DNA from: Candidatus Brocadiia bacterium
Lineage (GTDB): Bacteria; Planctomycetota; Brocadiia; SM23-32
NCBI GenBank assembly: GCA_046538485.1
Contig: JBKHIT010000018.1
Location: 17,166 to 81,165 of the forward strand
Reading direction: 5' to 3'
DNA length: 64,000 nt
Below the pieces are notes generated by a model. The model searched no databases. It had not been told where the DNA came from and worked only from the letters and a program-made list of their open reading frames with translations. The translations under genes were made by a program, and so were the position numbers. Positions 19,504 to 29,188 of this stretch are shown in pieces. How positions within the stretch are numbered: position 1 is the stretch's first letter; every line of letters begins with the position of its first letter.

Positions 19504-20552
19504 TGGAGATCCAAGGATCAGGTGTAGTTTTCACCCACGGTCGCGGGACGGAAGATCTGGACAAGATTTTGCGGGAAAATTGGATCCCCCCGGAGCGGCA
19601 GGATGTTCCGGGTCGCGACGCGCCAATGCCCGCATTCCGGGTGCCCAAAGAAACGCTCAAAGATAAAACCACCCTCAAGGGTATGCGCCGGGCGGATCGG
19701 CTCAGCCGGATGGCAACTCTCGCGGCCGCCGATGCCTGGCAAACGGCTTCGCTTGAAAACACCAATCCGGCGCGGGTGGGAATCATCCTCGCCACCGCCC
19801 TGGGGCCTCACGCCCGGACGTTTCAATTCCTCGACAATATACTGGATTTCGGTGACGAGGCGGTCTCCCCAACAATTTTTTCGCATTCGGTGCACAACGC
19901 GGCGGCCTCGTATATCGCCACCACCCTCAATGTGCACGGACCGGTCCTGACGGTCACGGATTTTGATTTTGCGTTCCAACAGGCGCTCGCTACCGCCCGG
20001 TGCTGGCTTGATCAGGACCGCTGTGATGCCGTGCTGGCCGGCACGGCCGAAGAACTCGGAGAAGTTATGCTCCACGTCTGCGGACGGATGGTCACAATGC
20101 CTGACAATGGAAGACCCAGACCGCTGGCTTTCGCCGAAAATCCCGTCATCGTCCCCGGGGAAGGAGCGGCTTTCTTCGTGCTCACCTCGGAAACCAGAGG
20201 TGAAGGAAGAGTTTCAGTAACGACCGCCAAATCCGAAAACGATGCGGACCTGACAATCCTCGATGCAGAGGGGCTTTCGGGATCGGAGATGGCTTATCGG
20301 GACCTCTTGCCAGAGACGGGCCAGGTGGCCAATTATTGCCCCGTGTTCGGAAGTATGATGACCGGCACCGCCCTGCAATGCACCATCGCGGAACTATCAC
20401 TGCGAGGCCAGATGCGATACGCGAGTCCCCTGACAAAGGGGAAAGACCAACGGGCAGTATGCCTGGAAACGGGTCCTGCAGAGTTAAAAACTATTCGATG
20501 CGCCAAAGTCGGACGAGATGAGACGGTTCAAACGATTACGCTCCGCCGGTAA
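19500..20552 (+). CDS. Ketosynthase chain-length-factor-like protein
   Basis: MRRADRLSR and SPTIFSHSVHNAAA; catalytic Cys position replaced (TDFDFAF); coupled to KS2. Confidence 0.8.
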   Translation: MMEIQGSGVVFTHGRGTEDLDKILRENWIPPERQDVPGRDAPMPAFRVPKETLKDKTTLKGMRRADRLSRMATLAAADAWQTASLENTNPARVGIILATALGPHARTFQFLDNILDFGDEAVSPTIFSHSVHNAAASYIATTLNVHGPVLTVTDFDFAFQQALATARCWLDQDRCDAVLAGTAEELGEVMLHVCGRMVTMPDNGRPRPLAFAENPVIVPGEGAAFFVLTSETRGEGRVSVTTAKSENDADLTILDAEGLSGSEMAYRDLLPETGQVANYCPVFGSMMTGTALQCTIAELSLRGQMRYASPLTKGKDQRAVCLETGPAELKTIRCAKVGRDETVQTITLRR

Positions 20553-20575
20553 ATGCGGCGACATGGATTGGATGA

Positions 20576-20842
20576 GTGAAAATGGCAGAAACTGAAAACG
20601 TCGAAAAGATCGAAGAGATTCTTCTCCGGGAAATTGCTACAATACTCTCCATGGGGGAGGCGGAGATCACGCCCACAACACCACTGGCCTCGGTAGGCAT
20701 GGATTCCATCCGGTTTGTCGAAGTCCTTCTTCTCATCGAGCGAGAATTCGACGTGGAACTCATTAAATCTCAGTTGAGTCGCGACGACGTCAAAGACATC
20801 GCCTCACTCGCCCGCTCCATCCACGCCGCGAAACAACAGTAA
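20576..20842 (+). CDS. Acyl carrier protein 3
   Basis: VGMDSIRFVEV motif; 88 aa. Confidence 0.85.
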   Translation: MKMAETENVEKIEEILLREIATILSMGEAEITPTTPLASVGMDSIRFVEVLLLIEREFDVELIKSQLSRDDVKDIASLARSIHAAKQQ

Positions 20843-21052
20843 ACAGTCGGCATCGGATTGGGGGGCGATGCCTGGAAACGTTGATAGCCCCTCCCACGTA
20901 ATCCGGCGCGATTCGTGCCCGCCGCACTCCAGAGCCGGCTCCGCCGGCGGGGTGCATACCTCGGCCGGTTTTGAGACCTCCCGCCGCAAAGAACATTTTC
21001 CCCAACCCGGAGATGTTGGTGCAATCGGCCTGGGTGCTGTCCCGCGCGCCAA

Positions 21053-21168
21053 CGGCGCGCTGTGGAGTGCGGTGTGTTGCGACGCGGCTGTGCCGCGACG
21101 CACTCACCGCTGTGCCGTTTGTCTCGTCATGAAACAACTCAAAAACATCGCTTGTCCCCCCGGTCCGA
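21053..21168 (+). repeat. 116-bp palindromic REP-like direct repeat, copy 1
   Basis: Colinear with 22332-22447; internal inverted repeats. TGGAGTGCGG (21063-21072) is the reverse complement of CCGCACTCCA at 20922-20931. Confidence 0.85.
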
Positions 21169-21221
21169 TGTTGTGGACAAGTTGAACAGATCATCGTCGC
21201 CTTGCCCGCCACTTACTTCCG

Positions 21222-22118
21222 CTAATCCAGCCACTTCGTGTCAAGAACAAGTGTATTGAAGCTGTTCGGATCGGGGTAATAAGCCGAACGGGGATAGTGG
21301 GCAGCGTTGCCCCCCACGAACATCATGTTCGCTCCATCAAGATGGTGCAGCCCGACAGTATGAACAGGGTGGTACTTAGATGGGACGTTACTGGGCCAGG
21401 TTGCGGAACCACCGACCAGCGAACACGCCTCAATGTCGGTGTAATGGCGTGCTCCCCACGACATTGGTCCGCCACACTCAGAGCTTTCAGGAACACATCC
21501 CCATGTCTGACCATTCTCATTATGTGGATTCCCACTGACGAGAAGCGCGTGTGTGGTCGCAAGATTCCTCATTCTCCTGGCACGCACAATACAACCGTCC
21601 GTGTAGCGGAGGTGGTTGCGCCAGGTGCCCCCCTGCGTGAGAGACGTGCTCGTGGCCGGCATTTTGTAATCCACACCGTATCCCCATCCCCACCACCAGC
21701 CTCCGCCTCTTGGCCTTGATTCCGGAGGTTTGAGCGCCGGACACTGAAGCAGCGGAACATTGGGCCTCACCTGCGTATACATAAACGACTGGCTACCGGG
21801 CTGGTACTCGGGACCGCTCTGCAGATAGGTGTAGACGATCGGCCAGAAATTGATGGTGTTCGTAAATTCACTGTATCTTCCGTTGTGCTCGGGGGAATCC
21901 GGCCGACACCACTCGGAATCATTGGGAAGCATACCCTCGTGGTCATTCGCGAACATCTGGAACCCCAAACCGATCTCGCGCAACTGGGAAATACAGCTTA
22001 TGGAACGAGCCGCTGCCCGCGCCCTCTCCAGTGCCGGCATCAACATTGCGGCCAGAATGGCTATGATTGCAATAACAACAAGAAGTTCTATTAAGGTAAA
22101 TGCCTCTTTCTCTCTCAT
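21222..22118 (-). CDS. Prepilin-type N-terminal cleavage/methylation protein (DUF1559-like)
   Basis: [29 protein letters not shown]...[10 protein letters not shown]-terminal H-X9-DG-like [12 protein letters not shown]. Confidence 0.9.
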   Translation of the reverse strand: MREKEAFTLIELLVVIAIIAILAAMLMPALERARAAARSISCISQLREIGLGFQMFANDHEGMLPNDSEWCRPDSPEHNGRYSEFTNTINFWPIVYTYLQSGPEYQPGSQSFMYTQVRPNVPLLQCPALKPPESRPRGGGWWWGWGYGVDYKMPATSTSLTQGGTWRNHLRYTDGCIVRARRMRNLATTHALLVSGNPHNENGQTWGCVPESSECGGPMSWGARHYTDIEACSLVGGSATWPSNVPSKYHPVHTVGLHHLDGANMMFVGGNAAHYPRSAYYPDPNSFNTLVLDTKWLD

Positions 22119-22331
22119 CTCCCGCACCCTCCCTTTTTGATAAAACCCACAATCCAACGTCGAGATTAATATCCCCCCCAAAATTACAAAACTGTTATCC
22201 ACCCACTTCGCTTTGTGCATTTTTATAGCAAAATTCATACTCAACACCTGTAACTTAGTGTACCCCCTGCACAAAGTTTTTCAACCCCCGTGAATGCTAT
22301 TTTGCTGCCGCTAAAAATCTACCCAACGGAT

Positions 22332-22447
22332 CGGCACGCTGTGGAGCGCGGTGCGTTGCGGCGCGGCTATGCCGCGACGCACTCACCGCTGTGCCGTTTG
22401 TCTCGCCATGAAAGAACCCAAAGACATCGCCTCTCCCCCAGATCCGA
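22332..22447 (+). repeat. 116-bp palindromic REP-like direct repeat, copy 2
   Basis: Matches 21053-21168; CGGCAC...GTGCCG and GTGCGTTGCGGC...GCCGCGACGCAC inverted pairs. Confidence 0.85.
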
Positions 22448-22548
22448 AAAAGACAAAAACGTCGTCCTTCACCTTGCGTTTTTTACCTCTCAAGCGATAC
22501 TCTAACCAAACGCATCGACTTTGTACAAACACAAAAGCAAACATCCCT

Positions 22549-23892
22549 ATGGATATCTCGCTGCCCTGTTCCAGCCAAAAACGGTACCTCACCGGGATCG
22601 ACTGGTCGATCAACGCACTTGACGCCATTACTAAACAGGCGACCGGACACGGAAACTCCTCGCAGGTAATCCTGGTCCTTAATGGACGGCTTGACCCCGC
22701 CGACCTCGCCGATCTGCTTCGAAAGATCTTCAAAGGCCATCCCGTTCTGAGCGGAAATCTCGGCCGCGATTGGAGTCTCTGCCCCTGCTGGCGCATGCCG
22801 GGAAAGCCCCCGCGCAACCTTCCACTGTCCGTAACCACCGAAAAAGACGATTGGGAGGAAATATTCCTCCGGTTCCAGCGTCATGTTAACCAACCGTTCG
22901 CCGGAGAAAGACAACATCTTCACTTCCACCTGGTAAACTGCGGATCCCGACGTTCTTACCTGGGAATGCACTTTGACCATCGTCTGCTCGACGCATTCGG
23001 GGCCGAAGCATTCCTTGAATTGATCCAGCAAACCCACCAGGGGAAGCAATCGGCCATCACAGAACAGATCAGTCTGGTCGAAGACGCCCATCTCGATCAT
23101 TGGGCGCGCCGTTTTCAGGGAGGCAAAGCCGTCAACCGCCTCCAGATTCGACTTTCACGCGGCGGAGTTGCGGCTTTCCCCACCCCCGCGCTTATCCCCC
23201 CTCTCTCAACACGGTTCAATCTGACGACACTCTCGGAAGAGGAGACCGAACAGCTTGTCGAACGTGCATTCGGCACCGCCGGCTATTTTATGCTGCTTCC
23301 CTCGCTGCTGGCGGGCGTGGTCAGAGCGCTTGACCGTCTGGCCCGAAAACGTGGGCGCCCGGCAGGTCACTACATAATCCCCGTCTCCGTTGTAAACCGC
23401 ACACCGCAGGAAAAATGGGAAAAACTTTTTTTCAATCACGTCTCCTTTATTATCTTCCAGATTCCCGTGAAATTGGCGCGCGAACGCTCGGGGCTGGTCA
23501 AATTTCTGCGGGATCGTCTCTACGATCACATGAAAAGCGGCACCCCCGACGATTTCTACCACGCGAGCATGCTGACTCGTATCGTCCCCCTCCCGCTGAT
23601 GCGCATGCTGGCAAAAATACCAATGCGCGGACAGATCGGCACCAGCTATTTTGCCTGCCTGAAAGAATCCGGATACAATTCGTCCGAATTCATGGGACTC
23701 GAGGTCGAAAACCTGATCCACACCCCCCACGTGCCCCCGCCGCCGGGGGTCGGTGTCTTCCTGAACCAGTTCCGCGGGCGTTTCAATCTCATGCTGTCCC
23801 ATCTTGAAGGCATCTTTTCTTCGGAAGAAGCCAGTAAATTGACAACACAGATGAGGAGAGAACTCGTTGGCGAACCGACCGAAGACATTTGA
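22549..23892 (+). CDS. Stand-alone condensation/CoA-dependent acyltransferase-fold protein
   Basis: HFDHRLLDAFG (HHxxxDG-like), preceded by QPFAGERQHLHFHL; ~450 aa, the size of a condensation domain. Confidence 0.65.
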   Translation: MDISLPCSSQKRYLTGIDWSINALDAITKQATGHGNSSQVILVLNGRLDPADLADLLRKIFKGHPVLSGNLGRDWSLCPCWRMPGKPPRNLPLSVTTEKDDWEEIFLRFQRHVNQPFAGERQHLHFHLVNCGSRRSYLGMHFDHRLLDAFGAEAFLELIQQTHQGKQSAITEQISLVEDAHLDHWARRFQGGKAVNRLQIRLSRGGVAAFPTPALIPPLSTRFNLTTLSEEETEQLVERAFGTAGYFMLLPSLLAGVVRALDRLARKRGRPAGHYIIPVSVVNRTPQEKWEKLFFNHVSFIIFQIPVKLARERSGLVKFLRDRLYDHMKSGTPDDFYHASMLTRIVPLPLMRMLAKIPMRGQIGTSYFACLKESGYNSSEFMGLEVENLIHTPHVPPPPGVGVFLNQFRGRFNLMLSHLEGIFSSEEASKLTTQMRRELVGEPTEDI

Positions 23893-25048
23893 CGTAATAG
23901 TCGCCGGGGCTGGCCCCGCCGGGATAGCGACCGCCCTCTCGGCGGCCCGTGACGGAATGAAAACCCTCCTCATCGAACGGGAAAATACGATTGGGGGAAT
24001 CGTTATGGCCGGTTACCACGCCGCTCTCTGTGGCCTTTACGCAAGCGATCCCACGGACCCTGCCGACACTCTCAATCCGGGCATCCCCCGGGAAACCGCA
24101 TGCTGTGTAAGCGAAAATTCAAAAAATGCCAGCGGAGTGCAACAGGTGGGGCGGGCGCGTGTGCTTCCGCTCGAACGCGCCGCGCTGCTCCGTTGCTGGG
24201 AGGGGATGCTTGCTGCCGAACTTGAAATCGAACTTCGTTATGAAACGACGCTGATCGGGGTGAAATGCGCTGACAACTGTGTGGAGACAATCCAACTCTC
24301 CGACGGTTCGGAACTCCGACCGGGGGTGCTCATTGATGCCACCGGGAACGCGGAAGTGGCCGGACTCGCCGGTGTCCCCCGCCTGGCAGATCCTCCGGAA
24401 AACCGTCAGCTTGGTGGCGCCGGCATATATTTCGGCGGTTTAACTGCCGACCGCAACCGACTACGACTCGACGTGCCGTACCATCTCCGAGAAGCGACCG
24501 AAGACGGGCGGCTCCCTCATTGCGCAAGGTTCACGACGTTCGCCCCCTGCGCCGAGCCCGACCGGGGAATCTGTAAACTGGCCGTGCCGGTGGAGTTCTT
24601 CGGTCAGAACCAGAAGGTAAAAACGTATATTAATGACGTGCTTGAACTTCTGCGGAAAGATCTTCAGGTATTGGCTGAGGCTGAAGTACTGGCCACTTCG
24701 CCCCGGGCGTTGCCACGTGATGGTCCGCGGCTGCGGGGACAAACAATTCTGACGGAAGAGGATGTGCTTGCCGGAAAGACTTTCAAAGGCCACAATGCAA
24801 AGGGAGCCTGGCCCATCGAGTTCTGGCACCAGGAAGAAGGTCCACAGTACGAATATTTGCCCGATAACGAATATTACGAGATCCCGGCGGCGTGTCTGCG
24901 CGCGGAAAGACTCCACAATCTTATCTGTGCCGGCCGATGCATCTCGGCAACCGCCCGCGCCGCAGCATCGTTGCGCGTGGCGGGGATATGCCTGGCCACG
25001 GGGCAACTGGCGGCTGTGACCGCGTGTGAACTGCTCACGGAAATGTGA
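23867..25048 (+). CDS. FAD-dependent oxidoreductase
   Basis: DVIVAGAGPAG, IDATGNA, YEIPAACL, NLICAGRCIS, ASLRV. Confidence 0.85.
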   Translation: MANRPKTFDVIVAGAGPAGIATALSAARDGMKTLLIERENTIGGIVMAGYHAALCGLYASDPTDPADTLNPGIPRETACCVSENSKNASGVQQVGRARVLPLERAALLRCWEGMLAAELEIELRYETTLIGVKCADNCVETIQLSDGSELRPGVLIDATGNAEVAGLAGVPRLADPPENRQLGGAGIYFGGLTADRNRLRLDVPYHLREATEDGRLPHCARFTTFAPCAEPDRGICKLAVPVEFFGQNQKVKTYINDVLELLRKDLQVLAEAEVLATSPRALPRDGPRLRGQTILTEEDVLAGKTFKGHNAKGAWPIEFWHQEEGPQYEYLPDNEYYEIPAACLRAERLHNLICAGRCISATARAAASLRVAGICLATGQLAAVTACELLTEM

Positions 25049-25054
25049 GACCCC

Positions 25055-26506
25055 ATGAACATCGCCGAAAAAATTCGCATGGAAAACGCCAACCGCAGGG
25101 ACGGTGCAGCCGTGATCGAAGGATCGAAACAATGGACCTACGGCGAAGTGTTCCAAAAAATCGATGTTCTGCGCGATTTGCTCGCGCCCCGGGGCATCGG
25201 ACCCGGGACGCGGGTCGCTTTCCGCTGCGAGGACGGCATCGAATACATCGCGTGGAGTCTCGCCCTGCTGGAATCAGGTGCAGCGATCGTGCCGGTTTCC
25301 ACAGACCTCACCCAAACAGAAACGAACGAAACACTGGAACGCATCGACGTCCACGGTTTCCTCTCGCAGGCTGAAAACCCCGGATCCTCGCCGGAGGGAG
25401 AAGTCCTGACGGGACATGGTTTCGAGGAAGATTTTCTCTGGCAAGCCCGAGAGCCCCGTGGCACAGCTCCTGAAGAATGCGAGGAGCTGAACGCTGCCTT
25501 CATCCGCTTCTCCAGCGGCACAACGGGCGCCAGTAAAGGCGTGGTCCTCACCCACCAGAGCATCATCGATCGCACTGATGCCGCCAATGAAGCCCTCGGA
25601 ATCTCCCCGGAGGACATCATCCTTTGGGTACTGTCGATGAGCCATCATTTCGTGGTCTCAATCCTCCTGTTTCTCCGAAAGGGTGCGACAATCGTCATCG
25701 GCCACCGCGATTTCCCCACATCGCTGCTTGATGCCGCCACCGAAGGGGATATTACCTTTATTTACGCATCGCCCGTGCATTACGAAATCCTGGCAGAGAC
25801 CGATGCCGTTTCGGCCGAAGATCTGGGAAACGTACGGATCGCCATCTCCACGGCCATGAAACTGCCGCCGGCGATCGCGCGAAGTTTCGCCGAGAAATTC
25901 GGTTTTGAGCTCGCCGAAGCTTACGGAATAATCGAAGTGGGGCTGCCATTCATCAACCTGAACCCCGGTCGCACAAGCCGCGGATCGGTCGGGCGGATGC
26001 TCGACGCATACAAACTGAAAATTGATAATAAAGATGACTCCGGGGTGGGCGAAGTATTCGTCCGGGGACAGGGCATGTTCGACGCCTATTTCTCGCCATG
26101 GTGTCCGCGTGAGGAGGCGCTGGAAGACGGCTGGTTTCGGACGGGCGATTTGGGCAAACTCGACGAAGAAGACAACCTCCAGATCGTAGGCCGCAGTAAG
26201 ACTGTCATCGTATGCGCCGGGATGAAAGTCTTCCCCGTTGAGGTGGAGGCTGTATTGAACGCTCATCCGGCGGTAGAAGAATCGCTTGTCTACGGGGCCG
26301 ATCATCCGACCTACGGCCAGATTCCCGAGGCGCGTATCGTCCCGGCGGACCCGGAAGCAGATACAGCAGAACTGACCGACCAACTGCGCAAGTTCTGCTA
26401 CGATCGCCTGACCGCCTACAAAGTGCCGAAAGCTTTCATTTTCGTTGAAGATCTCCCGCGAACCCCCAGCGGCAAACTGGTGCGGCACCAGCAGAAGGGA
26501 ACCTGA
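25055..26506 (+). CDS. Class I adenylate-forming enzyme (acyl-CoA/ACP ligase)
   Basis: FSSGTTGASKG, YGIIE, WFRTGDLG, LPRTPSGK. Confidence 0.92.
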   Translation: MNIAEKIRMENANRRDGAAVIEGSKQWTYGEVFQKIDVLRDLLAPRGIGPGTRVAFRCEDGIEYIAWSLALLESGAAIVPVSTDLTQTETNETLERIDVHGFLSQAENPGSSPEGEVLTGHGFEEDFLWQAREPRGTAPEECEELNAAFIRFSSGTTGASKGVVLTHQSIIDRTDAANEALGISPEDIILWVLSMSHHFVVSILLFLRKGATIVIGHRDFPTSLLDAATEGDITFIYASPVHYEILAETDAVSAEDLGNVRIAISTAMKLPPAIARSFAEKFGFELAEAYGIIEVGLPFINLNPGRTSRGSVGRMLDAYKLKIDNKDDSGVGEVFVRGQGMFDAYFSPWCPREEALEDGWFRTGDLGKLDEEDNLQIVGRSKTVIVCAGMKVFPVEVEAVLNAHPAVEESLVYGADHPTYGQIPEARIVPADPEADTAELTDQLRKFCYDRLTAYKVPKAFIFVEDLPRTPSGKLVRHQQKGT

Positions 26507-26641
26507 GAGACGCACAGGGTTTCCGAAGGCGGCTGCGCCGCCATTTCCTCAGGGGCGCCCGGCCCGCGCGACCTTGTGTCGGTAAGTGTTTAATCCAAAA
26601 ATGCCGCTCCCCAGCGTAAATTCCTCGAGGCACATTGAGCT

Positions 26642-26670
26642 TTGACCATTTGCGGAGGGATTCCTATAAT
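26642..26670 (+). promoter_or_regulatory. sigma70 promoter
   Basis: TTGACC-N17-TATAAT upstream of the lipoprotein-tsaB-usp genes. Confidence 0.65.
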
Positions 26671-26706
26671 ACGTTGTAGTCCAATTGGTCCGTCCCTTCT
26701 TAAAAA

Positions 26707-27345
26707 TTGCCGCGGAGGACACATCGTTTGCGTGTATCGTTGAGCATTTTCTTTTGCGTAGTCTTAATGGCGGCTACGGGATGCACCTCGAGGCCAGAAA
26801 TACATCTTCACGGGCGATATGAGTTCGCGAAAATGAGAAATGGCCGGACGGCAGTGCTGGGAATCGATGCCCCAAACATAAAACAACAAAAGTCTTACAA
26901 ATACGTCTGGGGTATAGTACAATCTCCCAAAGCGCGCCAGAATTTTGCCGAGATGGTGGCTCACTTTGCCCGCCAGGAAGCTGAACTCGACGTTCTTCCC
27001 GTGCACAGTTCGATGGAAAGTCTCCAACAGGAAGGTTTGCAACCGGCGCTGAATGTAGACCGAGCGCGGGCTGAGAGTTTTGCCCGCCAGCTGGGATGCA
27101 AAACTTACATGATGGCTCATGTCGAGCGATGGCGTTTCAGCTACTTTTTCTTTCATCAGAAGGGAGATATTCAGTTCGAACTTCTCGGCTATTCCGTGGG
27201 CACCGAGCAACCGATTTGGCGAGCGGAAGTTTCGCACCAGCAACGGGGCAAAAGCGAAAGAGAAGTGGCGATTGAAGCCCTTCAGGCATTGTTCAAAAAA
27301 CTCGACCGGGAGAAAACCCTGAGAAATGTTGATATTGGGAATTGA
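26707..27345 (+). CDS. Putative lipoprotein
   Basis: Basic N-terminus, hydrophobic stretch, lipobox ATGC; overlaps tsaB. Confidence 0.6.
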   Translation: MPRRTHRLRVSLSIFFCVVLMAATGCTSRPEIHLHGRYEFAKMRNGRTAVLGIDAPNIKQQKSYKYVWGIVQSPKARQNFAEMVAHFARQEAELDVLPVHSSMESLQQEGLQPALNVDRARAESFARQLGCKTYMMAHVERWRFSYFFFHQKGDIQFELLGYSVGTEQPIWRAEVSHQQRGKSEREVAIEALQALFKKLDREKTLRNVDIGN

Positions 27346-28009
27346 AACCAGCGGCCGGAGCGGAAGCCTGGCCCTCTGCGAAGACGGCTCTCCTCTGGCA
27401 ACGTATCGGTTCTCAGAAGGACCCCAGCACGCGCGGGAAATTATGCCGGGGGTCGATGACATTGTGCGAAAATCGGATCTCAAAAGACGTGACATCGATG
27501 TCGTGGGCGTCAGCCAGGGGCCCGGATCGTTCACCGGACTGCGTGTGGGGATCACCTGCGCTAAAATTCTCGCCTACCTCCTGAGCTGGAAAGCCGTCGG
27601 CATCCCGTCACTTGAAGTCCTTGTGCAGAACGTCGATCCAAAAGAACACGGCGTAGAATTCGCATGCCCCCTGCGTGATGCCCGCCGCGGGGCGGCGTAC
27701 GGAACCGTGTTCAAATGGGAAGCAGACAGATGGATCGATCAGACCGGTGTGTTACTGGATGAGGCGAGGCAGCTCGCTAAAAAGATACCAGAAGGCACGC
27801 TCGTCTTTGGAAGTGGCGTGGAAGCGTATCCGCAGGTCTTCGCTGTTCCCCGATTCATTCCCGGACCGCCGGAATATGCCGAGGGTCGCGGGGAATGCGC
27901 AGCGGTCCTGGCACAAGAAATGGCCGAAAAAGGGCTTGACATCGAACCGATGGAACTCAACCCGCGTTACTACCGGCCAACCCAAGTGGAGGAAAGCGTC
28001 CAAGACTGA
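27326..28009 (+). CDS. tsaB: tRNA threonylcarbamoyladenosine biosynthesis protein TsaB
   Basis: MLILGIETS, GPGSFTGLRVG, DARR, PRYYR. Confidence 0.95.
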   Translation: MLILGIETSGRSGSLALCEDGSPLATYRFSEGPQHAREIMPGVDDIVRKSDLKRRDIDVVGVSQGPGSFTGLRVGITCAKILAYLLSWKAVGIPSLEVLVQNVDPKEHGVEFACPLRDARRGAAYGTVFKWEADRWIDQTGVLLDEARQLAKKIPEGTLVFGSGVEAYPQVFAVPRFIPGPPEYAEGRGECAAVLAQEMAEKGLDIEPMELNPRYYRPTQVEESVQD

Positions 28010-28085
28010 AAACCGAAAGACAAGCGGCTTGTCCGAAGATCAGCACTTTCAGCTTCAAAGAAAACTCATAAAAAGAGAGGGAAAT

Positions 28086-28553
28086 ATGCAGATCGATATA
28101 AAGAAGATTTTGTGTCCGGTTGATTTTTCCGATGGCTCTAACCTCGCTCTGCGATACGCGATAGCTTTTGCTCAAGCCTATCATGCCGAAGTTGAAATTA
28201 TGCACGTGGTGGAAATGCCATTTTTGCCCTCATACTCGACCGAAGGGCTTCCTGATTTCAGCCTGCCGATTGAACAAATTCAAGAACTTTGTGAGGAGCG
28301 TTTGAGCAAACTGGCCGATAAATTCGACGCCGATGGGGCGCTCGTTCAGCGGAAAGTTACGCTGGGATCGCCATTCGTCGAGATCATACAGGAAGCCAAA
28401 AACGGGGAGTTCGATCTCGTCGTTATCGGAACTCACGGTGAGACAGGGCTCAAACACGTATTGATCGGGAGCACGGCCGAGAAAGTCGTCCGCAAAGCTC
28501 CCTGTCCCGTTCTGAGTGTCAAAAACCCCGAACATGAGTTCGTCATGCCGTAG
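28086..28553 (+). CDS. Universal stress protein (UspA family)
   Basis: KILCPVDFS...DLVVIGTHG...IGSTAEKVVRKAPCPVL; ATG after GAGG RBS. Confidence 0.93.
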   Translation: MQIDIKKILCPVDFSDGSNLALRYAIAFAQAYHAEVEIMHVVEMPFLPSYSTEGLPDFSLPIEQIQELCEERLSKLADKFDADGALVQRKVTLGSPFVEIIQEAKNGEFDLVVIGTHGETGLKHVLIGSTAEKVVRKAPCPVLSVKNPEHEFVMP

Positions 28554-28744
28554 GTTCCAACCTTCTGTTGTCGTCTCGGCGCAAAAAAAAAGAATTAGAC
28601 GAGCCACTTGCGTTGTGTAGAAATATTGGCGCAGGCGGAACTTAAAGATAGACAGAAAAAGTTTTTAACCCGGAATCCGGATCTCAAGGCCGTTGAGGAG
28701 CTGGTTTTGCCTGAATAACCGTTTTCACCACATGAACCCCCGCG

Positions 28745-29168
28745 AGCGGACTGGACTTCAGCCGGAGACTGGAGTTCAGAACGCGGACAATAAACCGGCA
28801 GGTCTCGGAGAAAAACAGCAGAACGACCAACGGCAGCTCCGCCTCAGCGATGCGGACCGACAGCTACCTGGCATTTCACGGCATTTGTCCGCCTCAAGTC
28901 CCCCTTCGTCCGCCTGAGTGGCGGGCTCAGCTGAACTCGAGCCTGCAGGATACGCGGTCGAGAAGCGGGGTTGCAAGCTTACAGAATCATTGACACTAAA
29001 CATGAGGTTTGTATTACGACAAGCTCTATAGACTTTACCGAAGGAAAATTAAGGAATTTGCGCTCGCTGCGATGGGAACAGGGGACACGATTTTTGGGAA
29101 ATGCCTGGCTACCAGCACCGCAACGACCCACAGCGCAAAGTCCTCTCTCCACAAAAATCCTTGACAAA
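28745..29168. repeat. ~400-bp structured dispersed repeat, copy A
   Basis: Colinear with 61482-61843, e.g. GCGGACTGGACTTCAG, GGGCTCAGCTGAACTCGAG, CGGTCGAGAAGCGGGGTTGCA, GATGGGAACAGG, CTTGACAA. Copy A has a ~65-70 bp internal insertion. Confidence 0.85.
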
Positions 29169-29188
29169 CCAATGCGCATTGTTACAAT
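29161..29188 (+). promoter_or_regulatory. sigma70 promoter with palindromic spacer
   Basis: TTGACA-N16-TACAAT; perfect palindrome CAATGCGCATTG in the spacer. Confidence 0.55.

Noticed and set aside
28745..29168. RNase P RNA, tmRNA or 6S identity for the dispersed repeat
   Set aside because: No GAGGAAAGUCC core or tRNA-like ends were found, and two diverged copies are atypical for these RNAs.
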